Below are positions 1 to 14,102 of a stretch of 64,000 bases of DNA, in pieces. The position numbers were made by a program, and so were the translations under genes. Where the stretch lies: NCBI GenBank assembly GCA_963709845.1, contig CAVPXV010000004.1, forward strand, positions 65,181 to 129,180, in the 5' to 3' direction. The notes beneath the pieces were generated by a model. That model made no database searches. It was not told the origin of the DNA and worked only from the letters and a program-made list of their open reading frames with translations. Each line of letters opens with the position of its first letter. The first letter of the stretch is position 1. This stretch comes from an uncultured Thermoleophilia bacterium. GTDB taxonomy: Bacteria; Actinomycetota; Thermoleophilia; UBA2241.

Positions 1-1308
1 ATGGTGGGGAGCTCCGGCCATGCACCACGCGGTGCACCACTCCGCGATCTGGAGAGAGTCGTGCCGGAAGAGGGTCTGTGGCGCCGACACTGGGCGCGGC
101 GCGTAGTCGAGGAACAGACCCTCGGAGATCACGAACCTCCAGCCGGCAGGGCCCAGCGGCACCAGCGCCAGGTTGGTCACGGGCCCGGGCCGATAGGCGA
201 ACTCGAAACCGGCGCCGAACCCGTGGACTCCCGTGTAGTAGATCGAGTGCTTGACCTTGACCGTCCCCGGTGCCGCAAGGGCGGGGTTGCCGTGGCCGTC
301 GTGAGAGAAGACGACGGCGTTGTTGTCGAAGTCGATGACGTAGTTCTCCACGGTCGTCGACTGACCGGCGAGCTCCTGAAGGATGAGCTGGGCGACGCCA
401 CAGCTCACGTCGCCCTCGGGCGCGGCGGGGATCCCGATCTCACATAGACGCCCCGTGCCATACGAGGGAATGATGCCGACGCGAGGATCCGTCAACCAGA
501 CCTGGTCGAGTGCCGTGAAGATGTCGAAGCGATGCTCCCTGGCTTCCGACTCCATGGCAAGAGCGAGCCGGGCCGAACGCTCGAAGAGCGCCGGCTCCAT
601 CTCGACCGCGTACTTCGCCCTCTCCGCCGTGACCAGCGCGTCCACGTCCGTCTGGGGGATGTCGCCGAATCGGACCGCGATCTTCTCGGGCTCCAGGGGC
701 CACACGACCGGCCCGACCTTCTGCCGGAGCGAGAGGCCGTCGACCATCAGGTCGGTCATGCCCTCGAAGGGGTGCCCGATCAGACCGATCCGGGCGGCCC
801 TCAGTCGGCGCCGGACCGCGGCGGCCCGGATGATCTCGTGGACGCGCCGCCTGCCGTCGCCGTCGTCCCACTGGGACGTGACCATCTCGAAGTCGCGACC
901 TGTCCGCAGCAGAACGGCGGTGAGCTCCGGCATGCCGGCCATGCCCGAATTGAGCATGATCACATCGAAGTCGTCGTCCTCGCCGAACCTGCGGATCTTC
1001 TGGGTATTCCAGACGAGGACCGGCGCGGTCGTGTCGATGAAGCAGCGGGCGGGGACGACGCCCTTCGTATAGGCGAGCTCGGCGGCGACGATGATGTCGA
1101 CGTCCTCGGCATTGAACAGCCGGGCCGCCGCCGCCGCATCATCCTCCTCTTCCACCAGGCCCGCGTGGACGACGTCGCCAAACGCGGCGAGCGCGTCGGC
1201 GACCTCCTGCGCGGCCGCCGTCGCCGCGGGCCGCATGTGGGCGGTCTTGTTGTAGTCGTCTTCGAGCAGGGCCATCACCAGGACCCCGATCCTCGCCTTC
1301 ACGGCCAT
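1..1308 (-). CDS. L-arabinose/L-fucose isomerase family sugar isomerase (AraA-like); the C-terminus runs off the window start
   Basis: Own translation of the minus strand. The frame is open from ATG 1306-1308 (SD GGAGGTGA 7 nt upstream) to position 1, about 435 codons with no stop, which is not chance. It is absent from the ORF track because no stop codon lies in the window. The N-terminus MAVKARIGVLVMALLEDDYNKTAH... and an internal ...IGLIGHPFEGMTDL... resemble the AraA/FucI isomerase fold. The product name is a homology guess. Confidence 0.5.
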   Translation of the reverse strand, partial: MAVKARIGVLVMALLEDDYNKTAHMRPAATAAAQEVADALAAFGDVVHAGLVEEEDDAAAAARLFNAEDVDIIVAAELAYTKGVVPARCFIDTTAPVLVWNTQKIRRFGEDDDFDVIMLNSGMAGMPELTAVLLRTGRDFEMVTSQWDDGDGRRRVHEIIRAAAVRRRLRAARIGLIGHPFEGMTDLMVDGLSLRQKVGPVVWPLEPEKIAVRFGDIPQTDVDALVTAERAKYAVEMEPALFERSARLALAMESEAREHRFDIFTALDQVWLTDPRVGIIPSYGTGRLCEIGIPAAPEGDVSCGVAQLILQELAGQSTTVENYVIDFDNNAVVFSHDGHGNPALAAPGTVKVKHSIYYTGVHGFGAGFEFAYRPGPVTNLALVPLGPAGWRFVISEGLFLDYAPRPVSAPQTLFRHDSLQIAEWCTAWCMAGAPHH

Positions 1309-1357
1309 GCTGTCACCTCCGGCAGGTGTGATTGACATGCTGGGCACCATCCGCCCG

Positions 1358-2887
1358 TCACGTTACCCTCGCACTCGAGTAAAGCGGGCGGAGCGCCTCG
1401 AAGAGCTGGATGTAGCGTGTGTACGCGGCGTCGTAGGCGCGGTTCGCCGTCGAGTCAGGCAGGTAGCGCTCGCTGATCGACACCATCGCCGAGCTTGCCT
1501 CGGTCAGATCGGAGTAGATGCCCGCAGCAACGCCCGCCAGCATCGCATCTCCGCGGATCGCCGCGTCTTCGCCCTGAAGTGTGACCACCGGCAGTCCGCA
1601 GGTATCGGCCTTGATCTGGTTCCAGAGCGGGCTCCGGGCGCCTCCGCCGTGCGACCGTATCTCCCGTGCCGGCGTCCCCCCCAGGCCGGCCAGGAGCTCC
1701 AGGTTGCGCCGGAGCATGAAAGCGACAGCCTCGAGAACGGCTCGTACGAAGTGCCCCTTGCCGTGGTGGAGGGTGAAGCCGTAGAAGGCACCGCGAGCCC
1801 CCGGCTCGTACTCGGGGCTGAAGGCACCCATCAGATGGGGGAGCATCGTCAGGCCTTCGGCGCCCGGGGCGATCGGGGCGGCCAAGGCCGTCAGGAGGTC
1901 GTAGGAGCTGGCGCCCTCGCGGCCCGCCCGCGCGATCTCGTCCACTCCGAACTGATCGCGAAACCAGGTGAGCGCCATTCCGCCGGTTGGACAGACCGGG
2001 CAGTAGAGATACCGGTCGGGAGCCGAGTGCACGTAGACGGGAGTCTGGCGTGTCAGATCCCTGCCGTGGGTGTCGACGGATACCTGAAGGGTCAGTGCCG
2101 CGCCGCTACTTTCCGAGACGATGCCGGGACTCAGGTTGCCCACTCCGACAGCGCCAGCGCCTTGGTCCATGCCACCCGCCACGACGAGCACACCCTCGCG
2201 CATTCCGAGCGCATCCGCGGCAGCGGGCGCGAGAGTGCCGACGACCGCGCCCGGAGAGATCAGTCCCGGCAACTGCTCCCGGCGTATCCCGACGAACTCG
2301 AGCATGGGATCCCACCAGTCCTGCTCCACGATGCTGTAGAGGAGCGTGGTGCAGGCTACACCTCCCTCAGTGACGAAGCGGCCAGTCAGGCGATGGAGGA
2401 TGAAGTCTTCGACGAGGAGGAACCGCCGGGCTCGGGCGAACACCTCAGGCTCGTGACGCCGCCACCAGAGGATCTTGCAGGCGGTCCAGGTCGGGACGAC
2501 GGACGGCACGCCCGTGACCGCGTACACCCTTGCGTCATCGAAGTGCCGGGCGATCTCCTCGGCCTCATCTGCCGCTCTGTTGTCGAGCCAGACAAGGGCC
2601 GGGGCGAGCGGACGACCTGCGTCGTCGACTGCGATCACAGTCTCCCCCTGGCTGGAAACGGCGACAGCCGCGATTGCTTGGGCGTCGGCGCCTGGGGACG
2701 CTAGAACCTTGCCGATCGCCGCCTGCGCCGCCGTCCAGTAGTCGTCAGGGTCAAGCTCGGCGCGGTCGGGACCGGGATGCGAAAGGCGGTATTCCTCTGC
2801 GGCAGCGCCAAGCAGCTGACCCGACGCCGCGAACAGTCCCGCCTTGACCGATGTCGTACCGATGTCCAGCCCGATGAGGAGGCTCAT
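1358..2887 (-). CDS. FGGY-family carbohydrate kinase (xylulokinase/ribulokinase-like)
   Basis: 509 aa ORF. N-terminus MSLLIGLDIGTTSVKAGLF is the FGGY N-terminal ATP-binding signature. Length is typical for FGGY kinases. Same strand as the isomerase and aldolase, with short gaps. Confidence 0.85.
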   Translation of the reverse strand: MSLLIGLDIGTTSVKAGLFAASGQLLGAAAEEYRLSHPGPDRAELDPDDYWTAAQAAIGKVLASPGADAQAIAAVAVSSQGETVIAVDDAGRPLAPALVWLDNRAADEAEEIARHFDDARVYAVTGVPSVVPTWTACKILWWRRHEPEVFARARRFLLVEDFILHRLTGRFVTEGGVACTTLLYSIVEQDWWDPMLEFVGIRREQLPGLISPGAVVGTLAPAAADALGMREGVLVVAGGMDQGAGAVGVGNLSPGIVSESSGAALTLQVSVDTHGRDLTRQTPVYVHSAPDRYLYCPVCPTGGMALTWFRDQFGVDEIARAGREGASSYDLLTALAAPIAPGAEGLTMLPHLMGAFSPEYEPGARGAFYGFTLHHGKGHFVRAVLEAVAFMLRRNLELLAGLGGTPAREIRSHGGGARSPLWNQIKADTCGLPVVTLQGEDAAIRGDAMLAGVAAGIYSDLTEASSAMVSISERYLPDSTANRAYDAAYTRYIQLFEALRPLYSSARVT

Positions 2888-2905
2888 GACGCGGCCGTTC
2901 GCGAT

Positions 2906-3721
2906 TCAGTCCAGGCCATACTTCTCGGCCGCCGCGCCAGCCTCGGCGCCTCCCTTCACGACCTCCTGCAGGGCCTCGAGGAACCGCTCGGGCTCACGAG
3001 CGCAGACCACGTTGCGTCCGAACACGACGCCGCGGGCGCCGTCCCGGATCGCGGTCGCTGCTAGTTCGAGCGCGTCGACCTCGCGGTCGGCCTTCTTGGA
3101 TCCAAGCGCGAGAATCGGGACGGGCGTGGATCTCACTACCTCAGCGAAACGATCGCCCGTGTGAAACGTCTTGATGAGATCGACCCCAAGTTCGGCAGCG
3201 ATCCGGCAGCCGATCGAGATCTGTTCGTGGCGCTCTGCCGGGGCGACGTCCTCGTGTCCAGCCGGGTAGACCTCTCCGACTATAGGGACCCCGGCCTCGC
3301 GCTTCTCCGCGACGCAGCGGGCGACCTGGGCCACGTTCTCCGCGTCGACAGCTTCCGATCCGGTCTTGATCGACATGCCGACAAGGACGACGTCCGCGCC
3401 CAGCGCGGCCGCTTGCGCGGCGGAGATCATCGGTACCGTGCGACTCTCGTGGTACGCCCACTGGCTCGCGTACTGTGTCCCCCAGTTGAGACGGACGATC
3501 AAGGCCGGGGCACCGCGGGCGCCGAACGCACTGGCCGCGTGGGGCACCATCCCCGGGCTCATAAGGATCGCATCGGCGCCCGTCAGGCGCTCAATGAGGG
3601 TCCATGGGTGCTCGAATCCGGGCCGGGGCCCGTTGTAGAGCCCGTGATCGATCGCCACGACAACGGCGTTCGCGCCCCCATCGAAGAGCCGGCTCAGTCG
3701 GATGTCTTCACCTGTCGACAC
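2906..3721 (-). CDS. class I (DhnA/FbaB-type) aldolase family protein
   Basis: The ORF in the track runs to 3835, but the N-terminal extension is Arg/Gly-rich. A GTG at 3719-3721 gives VSTGEDIRLSRLF..AVVVAIDHG, which matches the DhnA-type class I aldolase N-terminus. SD AAGGGGGG lies about 7 nt upstream. Confidence 0.7.
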   Translation of the reverse strand: MSTGEDIRLSRLFDGGANAVVVAIDHGLYNGPRPGFEHPWTLIERLTGADAILMSPGMVPHAASAFGARGAPALIVRLNWGTQYASQWAYHESRTVPMISAAQAAALGADVVLVGMSIKTGSEAVDAENVAQVARCVAEKREAGVPIVGEVYPAGHEDVAPAERHEQISIGCRIAAELGVDLIKTFHTGDRFAEVVRSTPVPILALGSKKADREVDALELAATAIRDGARGVVFGRNVVCAREPERFLEALQEVVKGGAEAGAAAEKYGLD

Positions 3722-4168
3722 TCGTGGTCCCCCCTTCGTGGATGCATCGCATAGGCCCCCGCGCACGCCAGCGTCATAGTCGCCACCTATGTCCGCCTCC
3801 CGGGACAGTGACAGGATACCCGCGGGTGGGCGCACTCCCGTCGTTGGCTACCCGCGCGAGCTCGCCCGCCCCGTGCGCGCGTGCTCGCAGCCAAAGCCGT
3901 CAGGGCGCAGAGCGCGAGGTCGGCCGCGCGGCACTTGAAGGCGACGGGCGCCATGATGTCAGAGACGGCTTGCGGCTGAGACAGTGATGGCCGCAGTCCG
4001 ACGCCGGAACGTGTGGCCCATCTGCGAGCCCCCGCTGAACGCAGTGAGAGGCTCAAGCATGCCACCGCGGAGAGTGCTCCCCCTCCGTCTGAGGCGCCGG
4101 TTCCGCAGGGCCGGCTCCCCGCATCGCTTCGTCATGGAGTAAAAGATACTTGACACCCCGCCGGCGAG

Positions 4169-4330
4169 ATGACGCAGGCGGAGCTCGCCGACCAGATCGG
4201 GGTCACGAGGCAGACGGTGATAGCCATCGAGCAGGGCCGCTACTCGCCGTCGCTCGAGATGGCCTTCCAGATCGCCAAGGTGTTCGGCGTCCCGCTCGAC
4301 GACGTGTTCCAGTATCCGAAGGGGGCATGA
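4169..4330 (+). CDS. short XRE-family HTH transcriptional regulator (53 aa)
   Basis: Frame not listed in the ORF track (below its length cutoff). MTQAELADQIGVTRQTVIAIEQGRYSPSLEMAFQIAKVFGVPLDDVFQYPKGA matches the short Cro/C1-type HTH family. The stop TGA overlaps the downstream ATGATG start. Confidence 0.6.
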   Translation: MTQAELADQIGVTRQTVIAIEQGRYSPSLEMAFQIAKVFGVPLDDVFQYPKGA

Positions 4331-5061
4331 TGGAGCCTACAGCCCTGCTTTTGGGCGGCACCGGGCGGACGGGCGGCCGCGTCCTGCAGCAGCTTCTGGG
4401 CCGCGGCGTCCTCGTGCGCGCCGTCGTCCGGTCGGCGGAGCGGCTCCCGGAGGCCGTCGTGGACGACCCGCGGCTGACGGTGGTCGTGGCCGACCTGGTC
4501 TCCCTGAGCGACGAACAGGTCGGGGAGCAGGTCGACGGCTGCGAGGTGGTGATCTCCTGTCTGGGCCACACCACCAGCGTGCAGGGGGTGTTCGGGCCGC
4601 CGCGCGACCTCGTTTGCCGGTCGGTCGAAAGGGTGTACCGGGCGACCCGGGAGCTGCGGCCCGCGCATCCCGCGAAGCTCATCCTCATGAGCAGCGTCTC
4701 GGTGAACCGCCCCGGAGGCCTGGACACGCGTCGCGGGCGATCCGAGAGGGCGGTCGTCTGGACGCTGCGCGGCCTCGTCCCTCCGGCGAGGGACAATCAG
4801 CGCGCCGCGGACTTCCTCCATGGCGTCATCGAGGCCGCCGATCCGTACGCCCAGTGGGTGGCCGTGCGTCCCGACACGCTGAAGGAGGGCGACGTCACGG
4901 AGTACGCGCTGCACGAAGGACTGGTGGACAGCCTGTTCCGCCCCGGCGAGACCAACATGGCCAACGTCGCGCACTTCATGTGCGAGCTGGCGACGGACCC
5001 TGAGGTGTGGGCGGCGTGGCGAGGCAGGCTGCCGGTGATCGTGAACAAATCGCCTGGTTGA
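4327..5061 (+). CDS. NAD(P)-binding Rossmann-fold oxidoreductase (NmrA/atypical SDR-like)
   Basis: Internal start MMEPTALLLGGTGRTGGRVLQQLL carries the GxxGxxG dinucleotide-binding motif. The upstream part of the 4150 ORF is Arg-rich junk. Translationally coupled to the XRE gene. Confidence 0.75.
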   Translation: MMEPTALLLGGTGRTGGRVLQQLLGRGVLVRAVVRSAERLPEAVVDDPRLTVVVADLVSLSDEQVGEQVDGCEVVISCLGHTTSVQGVFGPPRDLVCRSVERVYRATRELRPAHPAKLILMSSVSVNRPGGLDTRRGRSERAVVWTLRGLVPPARDNQRAADFLHGVIEAADPYAQWVAVRPDTLKEGDVTEYALHEGLVDSLFRPGETNMANVAHFMCELATDPEVWAAWRGRLPVIVNKSPG

Positions 5062-5353
5062 CCGCGGGCATGCGGCGGCGTCAACGCGGCGCCGGCCCTC
5101 CCGCGATGACCGCGCCCCCGTCCCCGGCCAGCCGCACCTCGCCCGGCGTCGTGACCGCCGCCGTGCGCAGCGTGCTGTCGGTGTCGGCGTCGAGCGCCGT
5201 CCAGGTCAGGCCCCGGTCGGCGGTCTGCAGGGCGAGGCCGCGCTCGCCGCACGCCCAGCCGGCCCCGCCGGATCCGACGCTCACCGCCAGCAGCCCGACA
5301 GCGCCCCACGCGGCATTGGACGACGGGGAGTGCGGCCACGAAGTGCGCCGGCT

Positions 5354-6384
5354 TCAGGGAAGCTGGGGGCCGGAGGTCCGGTCCATGGGGGTGTTCCACG
5401 AGCGCAACGTCTTCAGGTAGTTGGCCCGCTCGAACGCCGACGGGTCGTCGCTGGCCGCGTAGCTCACGCTCCCGCGCAGCTCTTCGACTGAGACGTACTC
5501 CTGCTCGTCCATCCACTGCACAAGCTCCCGTTCCACCGTGGCGAAATGCTCTCGGCCGTTGCGGAGCACGGCCGAGGTCATCATCGCGACGTCCGCGCCG
5601 ACGAGCAGGGCCTTGGCCGCATCGCGGCCGTGATGAATGCCGCCCGATGCGGCAAGCGACGCGGCTCCCTCGACGTGCGCACGGAGGATCGCGATCCAGC
5701 GCAGCGGCAGCCGCAGCTCCCACGGCTGGCTCAGTTCGAGACTCGGCACGACCTTTCGCGAATCCGCGTCGAGATCGGGCTGGTAGAAGCGGTTGAAGAG
5801 GACCAGCCCGTTGGCTCCGGCCTCGACCACGCCGAGGGCGAAGTTGGCGAGCGCCGAGTAGTAGGGGGAGAGCTTGACGGCGAGCGGGATGCCGGTCGAC
5901 GCTCTCACGTGCCGGACCACCTCGAGGTCGCTCGCCTCCATCGCCGCTCCGGCGCGGGCGGGATCGGCCGCGATGCGGTAGAGATTGAGCTCCAGCGCGT
6001 CGGCTCCCGCCTCTTCGATCAGCCGCGCGAATCGGACCCATCCTCCGCTCGAGGTCGCGTTGAGGCTGGCGATGACCGGTACCTCCATCTCCGCCTTCAT
6101 CGCTGCGATGGTCGCGAGATAGCGGTCGGCGGTGCTTTCGAAGGTCTCGACCTGGGGGAAGTAGGTGAGGGACTCCGCGAAGCCCTCGGTCCCCTGCTCC
6201 AGCACCTGGGTGATCTCCAGCTCCTCGCGGACGACCTCCTCCTCGAACAGCGAGGGCAGGACGATGGCTGACGCCCCGCTCTCCTGCAGGCGCAGCGCGC
6301 TTTCGACGTCCCTGTTCAGGGGACTCGCCGACGCCACCAGCGGGGTGCGCAGCTCGAGCCCGAGGTATCTTGTGGTCAGACGGC

Positions 6385-6388
<4 letters not shown>
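5354..6388 (-). CDS. dihydroorotate dehydrogenase-like (DHOD/DHPD family) flavoprotein
   Basis: 344 aa. The TIM-barrel flavoprotein pattern ...LELNLY...GIHHGRDAAKALLVGADVAMMTSAVL resembles class 1 DHOD/PreA. The start overlaps the PFOR stop (ATGA). Confidence 0.75.
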
Positions 6389-10017
<3,629 letters not shown>

Positions 10018-10482
10018 GAAGTGCCTCCAGGATCGGCGTGTTCACGGATGCGGTGGCTGAGGTTCGCGATGTCGCGTCGATGTGTCGCGCCCCTTCGCAG
10101 CCCCCTCGCGCCCCATACTGGCAGGTCGCCGCGCCGCGATCACCGCCCGAGACTACCGGGCAGGACTCTGGTCGCCGAGGCTGCAGGGCGGAAGGCGCGG
10201 CGCTGAGGCCGCCTGCGGAAGCGATGCTCATGCCATGGTAGCAGGTGTATCACGACGCGGGGAGCATGACCGCGATGCATCCGGTCTGGAGCGCCATCGG
10301 GCTCGTTGTGTCCGCCAGCTGGCCGACGTGTATGTCCGCTGTGGCCCACTCCGGGGCGTCGAAGATCGCCGTGTGACATCCGGACGGTGTCCCGCCGCTC
10401 ATGCCGGGAGCCGACGGCCCGTCACGCCCCCCTGTGTTCCCCAGTGGTCGCCCTCTGCGTGATAGGCCTGATCGAATCCGAT

Positions 10483-11097
10483 CTAGCAACGTAGCGCCAG
10501 GCACAACCCGTCTCGTTCCGGGGAATGCCCCGGCAAGAATGCGAAGAGTGACACCGGCCTCCATCCCTTGTCGCCGAAGATGGCCTGGCTGAAGGGGTCC
10601 GCCTCGGGAAAAGCGACATTGTCGGCCACCAGCAACCCTCCGGGTCGCAACAACCGATGGCATTCGGGCAAAGCGCGGGCGTAGTCCGCTTTCTCGATGT
10701 CCATGAAGATGAAGTCAAATCCGCCCGCGATCCGGGACAGGTGGGCGAACGCGTCGCCGCAGATGACGTTCGCCTGCTTCGCCAGGCCGGCTCGTTGCAG
10801 GTTGTTGCGCGCACGGGCGGCCAAAGCGGGATCGAGCTCCAGCGTCGTCAGCATACCTGCGTTCATGGCACAGGCGCGGGCGAGGAATATGGCGGAGTAG
10901 CCCGTGGCGGTTCCGAGCTCAAGGATGGCCCCAGCGTCGATGGCTCGGGAAAGGATGAACAGAAGCTCGCCGACCACCGGACCCACGATCGGAATGTGCT
11001 CCGCTTCAGCCTCCACCTGCAGTTCTTGCAGCAGCGGGTCGCCTTTCAGGGCAAACTGGCTGAAGTAGGCTTCCGGTTCGTCCACGATCTTCGACAT
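10483..11097 (-). CDS. class I SAM-dependent O-methyltransferase (caffeoyl-CoA OMT/YrrM-like)
   Basis: 204 aa. The SAM motif LELGTATGYSAIFLA and the FIFMDIEKADY pattern are typical of this family. Confidence 0.8.
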   Translation of the reverse strand: MSKIVDEPEAYFSQFALKGDPLLQELQVEAEAEHIPIVGPVVGELLFILSRAIDAGAILELGTATGYSAIFLARACAMNAGMLTTLELDPALAARARNNLQRAGLAKQANVICGDAFAHLSRIAGGFDFIFMDIEKADYARALPECHRLLRPGGLLVADNVAFPEADPFSQAIFGDKGWRPVSLFAFLPGHSPERDGLCLALRC

Positions 11098-11304
11098 GGC
11101 GGCCCCCTTTCGGACCTCGTTGTGAGAGTCTCGCCACGCGCGCAGACGCGCGAGGCCGATCCACCTCCACAGCGCGGTGAATCGTCGGTGCTGTCGATTG
11201 TGTCACGCCACCGCCGGAGTCGGTGCCGGTGTCAGTCTGACGTCGCCCCCGGTCCGGGCGACCGAGGCAAAGAAGTGTTCGGCTCGCCTTGCGGGCCGCG
11301 GTGT

Positions 11305-11757
11305 TTAGGAACGCGGTGGCCCGGGAGGCTGGATCACCCCCAGTTGCATCATCGCAGGGAGGTCTTCGCGCGTCGCCCAATGCTCCGCAAGTTTGTCCCC
11401 CTCGACTCTGAACCAGTGGCTCTGCCTGGCGACGAATCGCTTCCCGGTAGGCGGCATGATCCCGTTCAGTTCGCCGAGGTTCGTGCCCTCGGAGAGAGTC
11501 CGCACGGCGACGGTGTCGCCCTCTGCGACGAGCGCCTCGATCGTCATGTGGACGTCGGGAAACTGAGCGACGAGCCACTCGAGCGATGCCCGCGTCGCGC
11601 GGGGTCCGTCCACGCGACCGGGCTCGTCCCGCCCGAACGGCGCGACCGCATGTTCCGTGTAGTCCTCAGCAATGATCTCGGCGCAGACCTCGAAACGCCT
11701 GAGATTGAGGATTTCCTCGAAGTAGCGCCGAGCGAGCTCCTTGTTGGCCTCCGACAT
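11305..11757 (-). CDS. SnoaL-like/ester cyclase (NTF2-fold) protein
   Basis: The C-terminal 150 aa of the 352 aa ORF start MSEANKELARRYFEEILNLRRFEV, the characteristic ester-cyclase start. A perfect SD GAAGGAGGAG precedes it. The upstream part of the ORF is Arg-rich junk. Confidence 0.7.
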   Translation of the reverse strand: MSEANKELARRYFEEILNLRRFEVCAEIIAEDYTEHAVAPFGRDEPGRVDGPRATRASLEWLVAQFPDVHMTIEALVAEGDTVAVRTLSEGTNLGELNGIMPPTGKRFVARQSHWFRVEGDKLAEHWATREDLPAMMQLGVIQPPGPPRS

Positions 11758-12177
11758 GACTCCTCCTTCAGCGGAGACGGCTTTGCGATGGGTACGAGTT
11801 TCCCGTAGCTCACTCAGGCGATTCCGTTCCCGGATCGGGCTTCTGGAGTTTCGCGCCAGGGTCGGCCGCCTGCGCTCTGTCGGGAGCGAAAGGCTGTCGG
11901 TTCTGGCGGTTGTGTCACTGCCCGCCAGTGCCTTCTGCGTCGATCTTCGCCAGGGCCTCCTCCCACATTCGCGCGCAACCCCCAAACGCTTGAACTCCCG
12001 GCCGCCCGGGCGTAGACCCTCCCCATACGAGACTCCTAAGAGGTGCAGTACAGCACACGGGAGGCTGTGGTCCGCCGGAAGACGTGCCGCGGCCGCCGAA
12101 GTACAGCGGGGCGAATCCGGGCGTGGACTCATCCGCTTGCGTCCGTTCCTATGGGAACTGAACCTTACCGATCGGAG

Positions 12178-13014
12178 ATGCTCATGAGCGTCACGCCTCG
12201 CGCCCCCCTGGCTGCCATCAGCGCCGTCGTGGCCGCCATCCTGTTGGGGTTCGGAGTCGCGGCCTGCGGCTCGAGCTCGACGTCGTCGAGTTCCTCGCCG
12301 GTCGCCGCCAACACCATCGGCTACTCTCACGTCGTCGACCTCAGCCATCTGATCAGTCCGCAAATCCCGCTATGGCCCGGAGACCCCAAGGTCGTCTTCA
12401 AGGTCGTCGCCACCATGGCGAAAGACGGCTACTACCTCCGCAGCTTCACCATCGGCGAGCACAGCGCCACACATATGAACGCGCCCAACAGCTTCGTCAG
12501 CGGCAACACCGAGGCGATTACCAGCTACACACCGGAGCAGCGCGTCGTGCCCACGGTCGTCATCGATGCGCGCGCCCAGTGCGCCGCGAACGCGGACTAC
12601 CAGCTGACCCAGCAGGATGTGCTCGACTGGGAGGCCAAGAACGGCAAGATCGCGCCCGGCTCGTTCGTGGTCATGTTCACCGGCTGGGAGAACAAGTGGA
12701 ACGACCCCGCGGCGTTCATCAACCAGGACGCCAAAGGCAACCTGCACTTTCCCGGCTTCGCCGGCGCGACAAGCAAGTGGCTCGTGACCGACCGGCAGAT
12801 CGCCGGCGTGGGCATCGACACGCACGGCGTCGACCCGGGCTCCGACACCAGCTATGCGACCAATACGGAGATGGCGAACACGCACAAGATCGCCATCGAG
12901 TGCATGGCCAACCTCGACCAGCTGCCCGCTAAGGGCGCGACTCTGGTGCTGGCGCCGCTACAGCTGCAGAACGGCTCGGGCTCGCCCATGGACATCGTGG
13001 CCTTCGTGCCCTGA
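12178..13014 (+). CDS. cyclase-family protein (kynurenine formamidase-like), predicted lipoprotein
   Basis: Start MLMSVTPRAPLAAISAVVAAILLGFGVAACGSS carries a signal peptide and lipobox. The body (...HSATHMNAPNSF...GVGIDTHGVDPG) matches the putative cyclase family. Confidence 0.75.
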   Translation: MLMSVTPRAPLAAISAVVAAILLGFGVAACGSSSTSSSSSPVAANTIGYSHVVDLSHLISPQIPLWPGDPKVVFKVVATMAKDGYYLRSFTIGEHSATHMNAPNSFVSGNTEAITSYTPEQRVVPTVVIDARAQCAANADYQLTQQDVLDWEAKNGKIAPGSFVVMFTGWENKWNDPAAFINQDAKGNLHFPGFAGATSKWLVTDRQIAGVGIDTHGVDPGSDTSYATNTEMANTHKIAIECMANLDQLPAKGATLVLAPLQLQNGSGSPMDIVAFVP

Positions 13015-13057
13015 TGAGGGCACGGCCGTGGCGGGATCGGTCGGGACGGCAGGCTGG

Positions 13058-13876
13058 CTACTCGCCGGCTCCCCCGGTCCCCGCATCCGCTGTGCCGGCC
13101 TCGACCGACACCGTGCCGCCTCTGATCACCCCGTAGCGGTAGTGGCGCGGGTGGTCGCGCGAGCCGAGGCCGTAGCTGCCCGGGTCGATGAGGTGCAGAC
13201 CGGCGGCGCGGAAGTCGGCCTCGGTCCACTGGCGAAAGACGCTCGGCGTGGTATGGCCGGCGATCTGCTCGATGCCGTCGAGTAGTCGCTCGGGGCCCAC
13301 GTCGCTGTCGTCGACGCGCAGCCACATCGGCGAATGCCCGTCGAGGGTCCGCGGCTCGGGCTGCTTCACCCCCATCGAGAGCTGACGCTCCAGATCGCGG
13401 CGGAACTCCTCGTTGACGAGTCGCGCCAGGCGCGCGGGGTCGCGCCCGACCGCCGCGAAGTCGGGGGCGAAGGCGCGCGAGAGCCCGGCGTGGCTGATCA
13501 GCACGCCGTCCACGTGCGTCACCAGGCTCAGGGCGCCGCTGCGGAAGCGCCGCAGAAGCGGCTGGCGGTAGCCCCTGCTGGCCGGCGACTGCTCGCCGAT
13601 GAAGTACCCGAGCATCGTGGCATGGTCGTGGTCGCCGATCAGCATCTCGGCGCCGAGCTCGTCGAGCCGCTCCAGGCACGCCCCCGGTTGACCGCCGCGG
13701 TCGAGCAGGTCGCCGGCGAAGACCAGGTGATCGACCCCCGCACGAAAGCCCGAACGTTGCAAAGCGTTCTCGAGAAACTCAGGGAAGGCGTGCACGTCCG
13801 AGACGACCAGCGTGAACGGTGTCGCCGGCTGCGGAGCGTCTTCCCGCGCTGCCTCCTGATAGGCCATGGTCACCAT
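13058..13876 (-). CDS. metallophosphoesterase (calcineurin-like phosphoesterase)
   Basis: 272 aa. Motifs VVSDVHA, FAGDLLDRGG and GDHDH are the metallophosphoesterase metal-binding signatures. Confidence 0.75.
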   Translation of the reverse strand: MVTMAYQEAAREDAPQPATPFTLVVSDVHAFPEFLENALQRSGFRAGVDHLVFAGDLLDRGGQPGACLERLDELGAEMLIGDHDHATMLGYFIGEQSPASRGYRQPLLRRFRSGALSLVTHVDGVLISHAGLSRAFAPDFAAVGRDPARLARLVNEEFRRDLERQLSMGVKQPEPRTLDGHSPMWLRVDDSDVGPERLLDGIEQIAGHTTPSVFRQWTEADFRAAGLHLIDPGSYGLGSRDHPRHYRYGVIRGGTVSVEAGTADAGTGGAGE

Positions 13877-14102
13877 GTGCCCGCGACCCGGGCGACCCAG
13901 ACGGGAGCACAGCCGTCGAGCCGGAGACCTGGGCGACTACTACGGATCGTGGCACCCGGAGGGTGTCCCGGACCTCCGGCCGGGGATCTCTGGCTCGGCG
14001 GCAGGCGTTCTGAGGGCAGGCGCGGGTTCCGCTCCCTCTCTTGACCTGACGGCCGTTGTCCGGCGCTAGACTGGCCCGGTCGAGCGCAGCCTCGGAGGAG
14101 CG

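Noticed and set aside
4150-4155. Perfect TTGACA hexamer upstream of the XRE gene as a -35 box
   Set aside because: It lies only 13 nt before the XRE start codon, so a matching -10 would fall inside the coding region. The more plausible promoter is the A/T-rich TAAAAGAT just upstream, but that is too weak to call.
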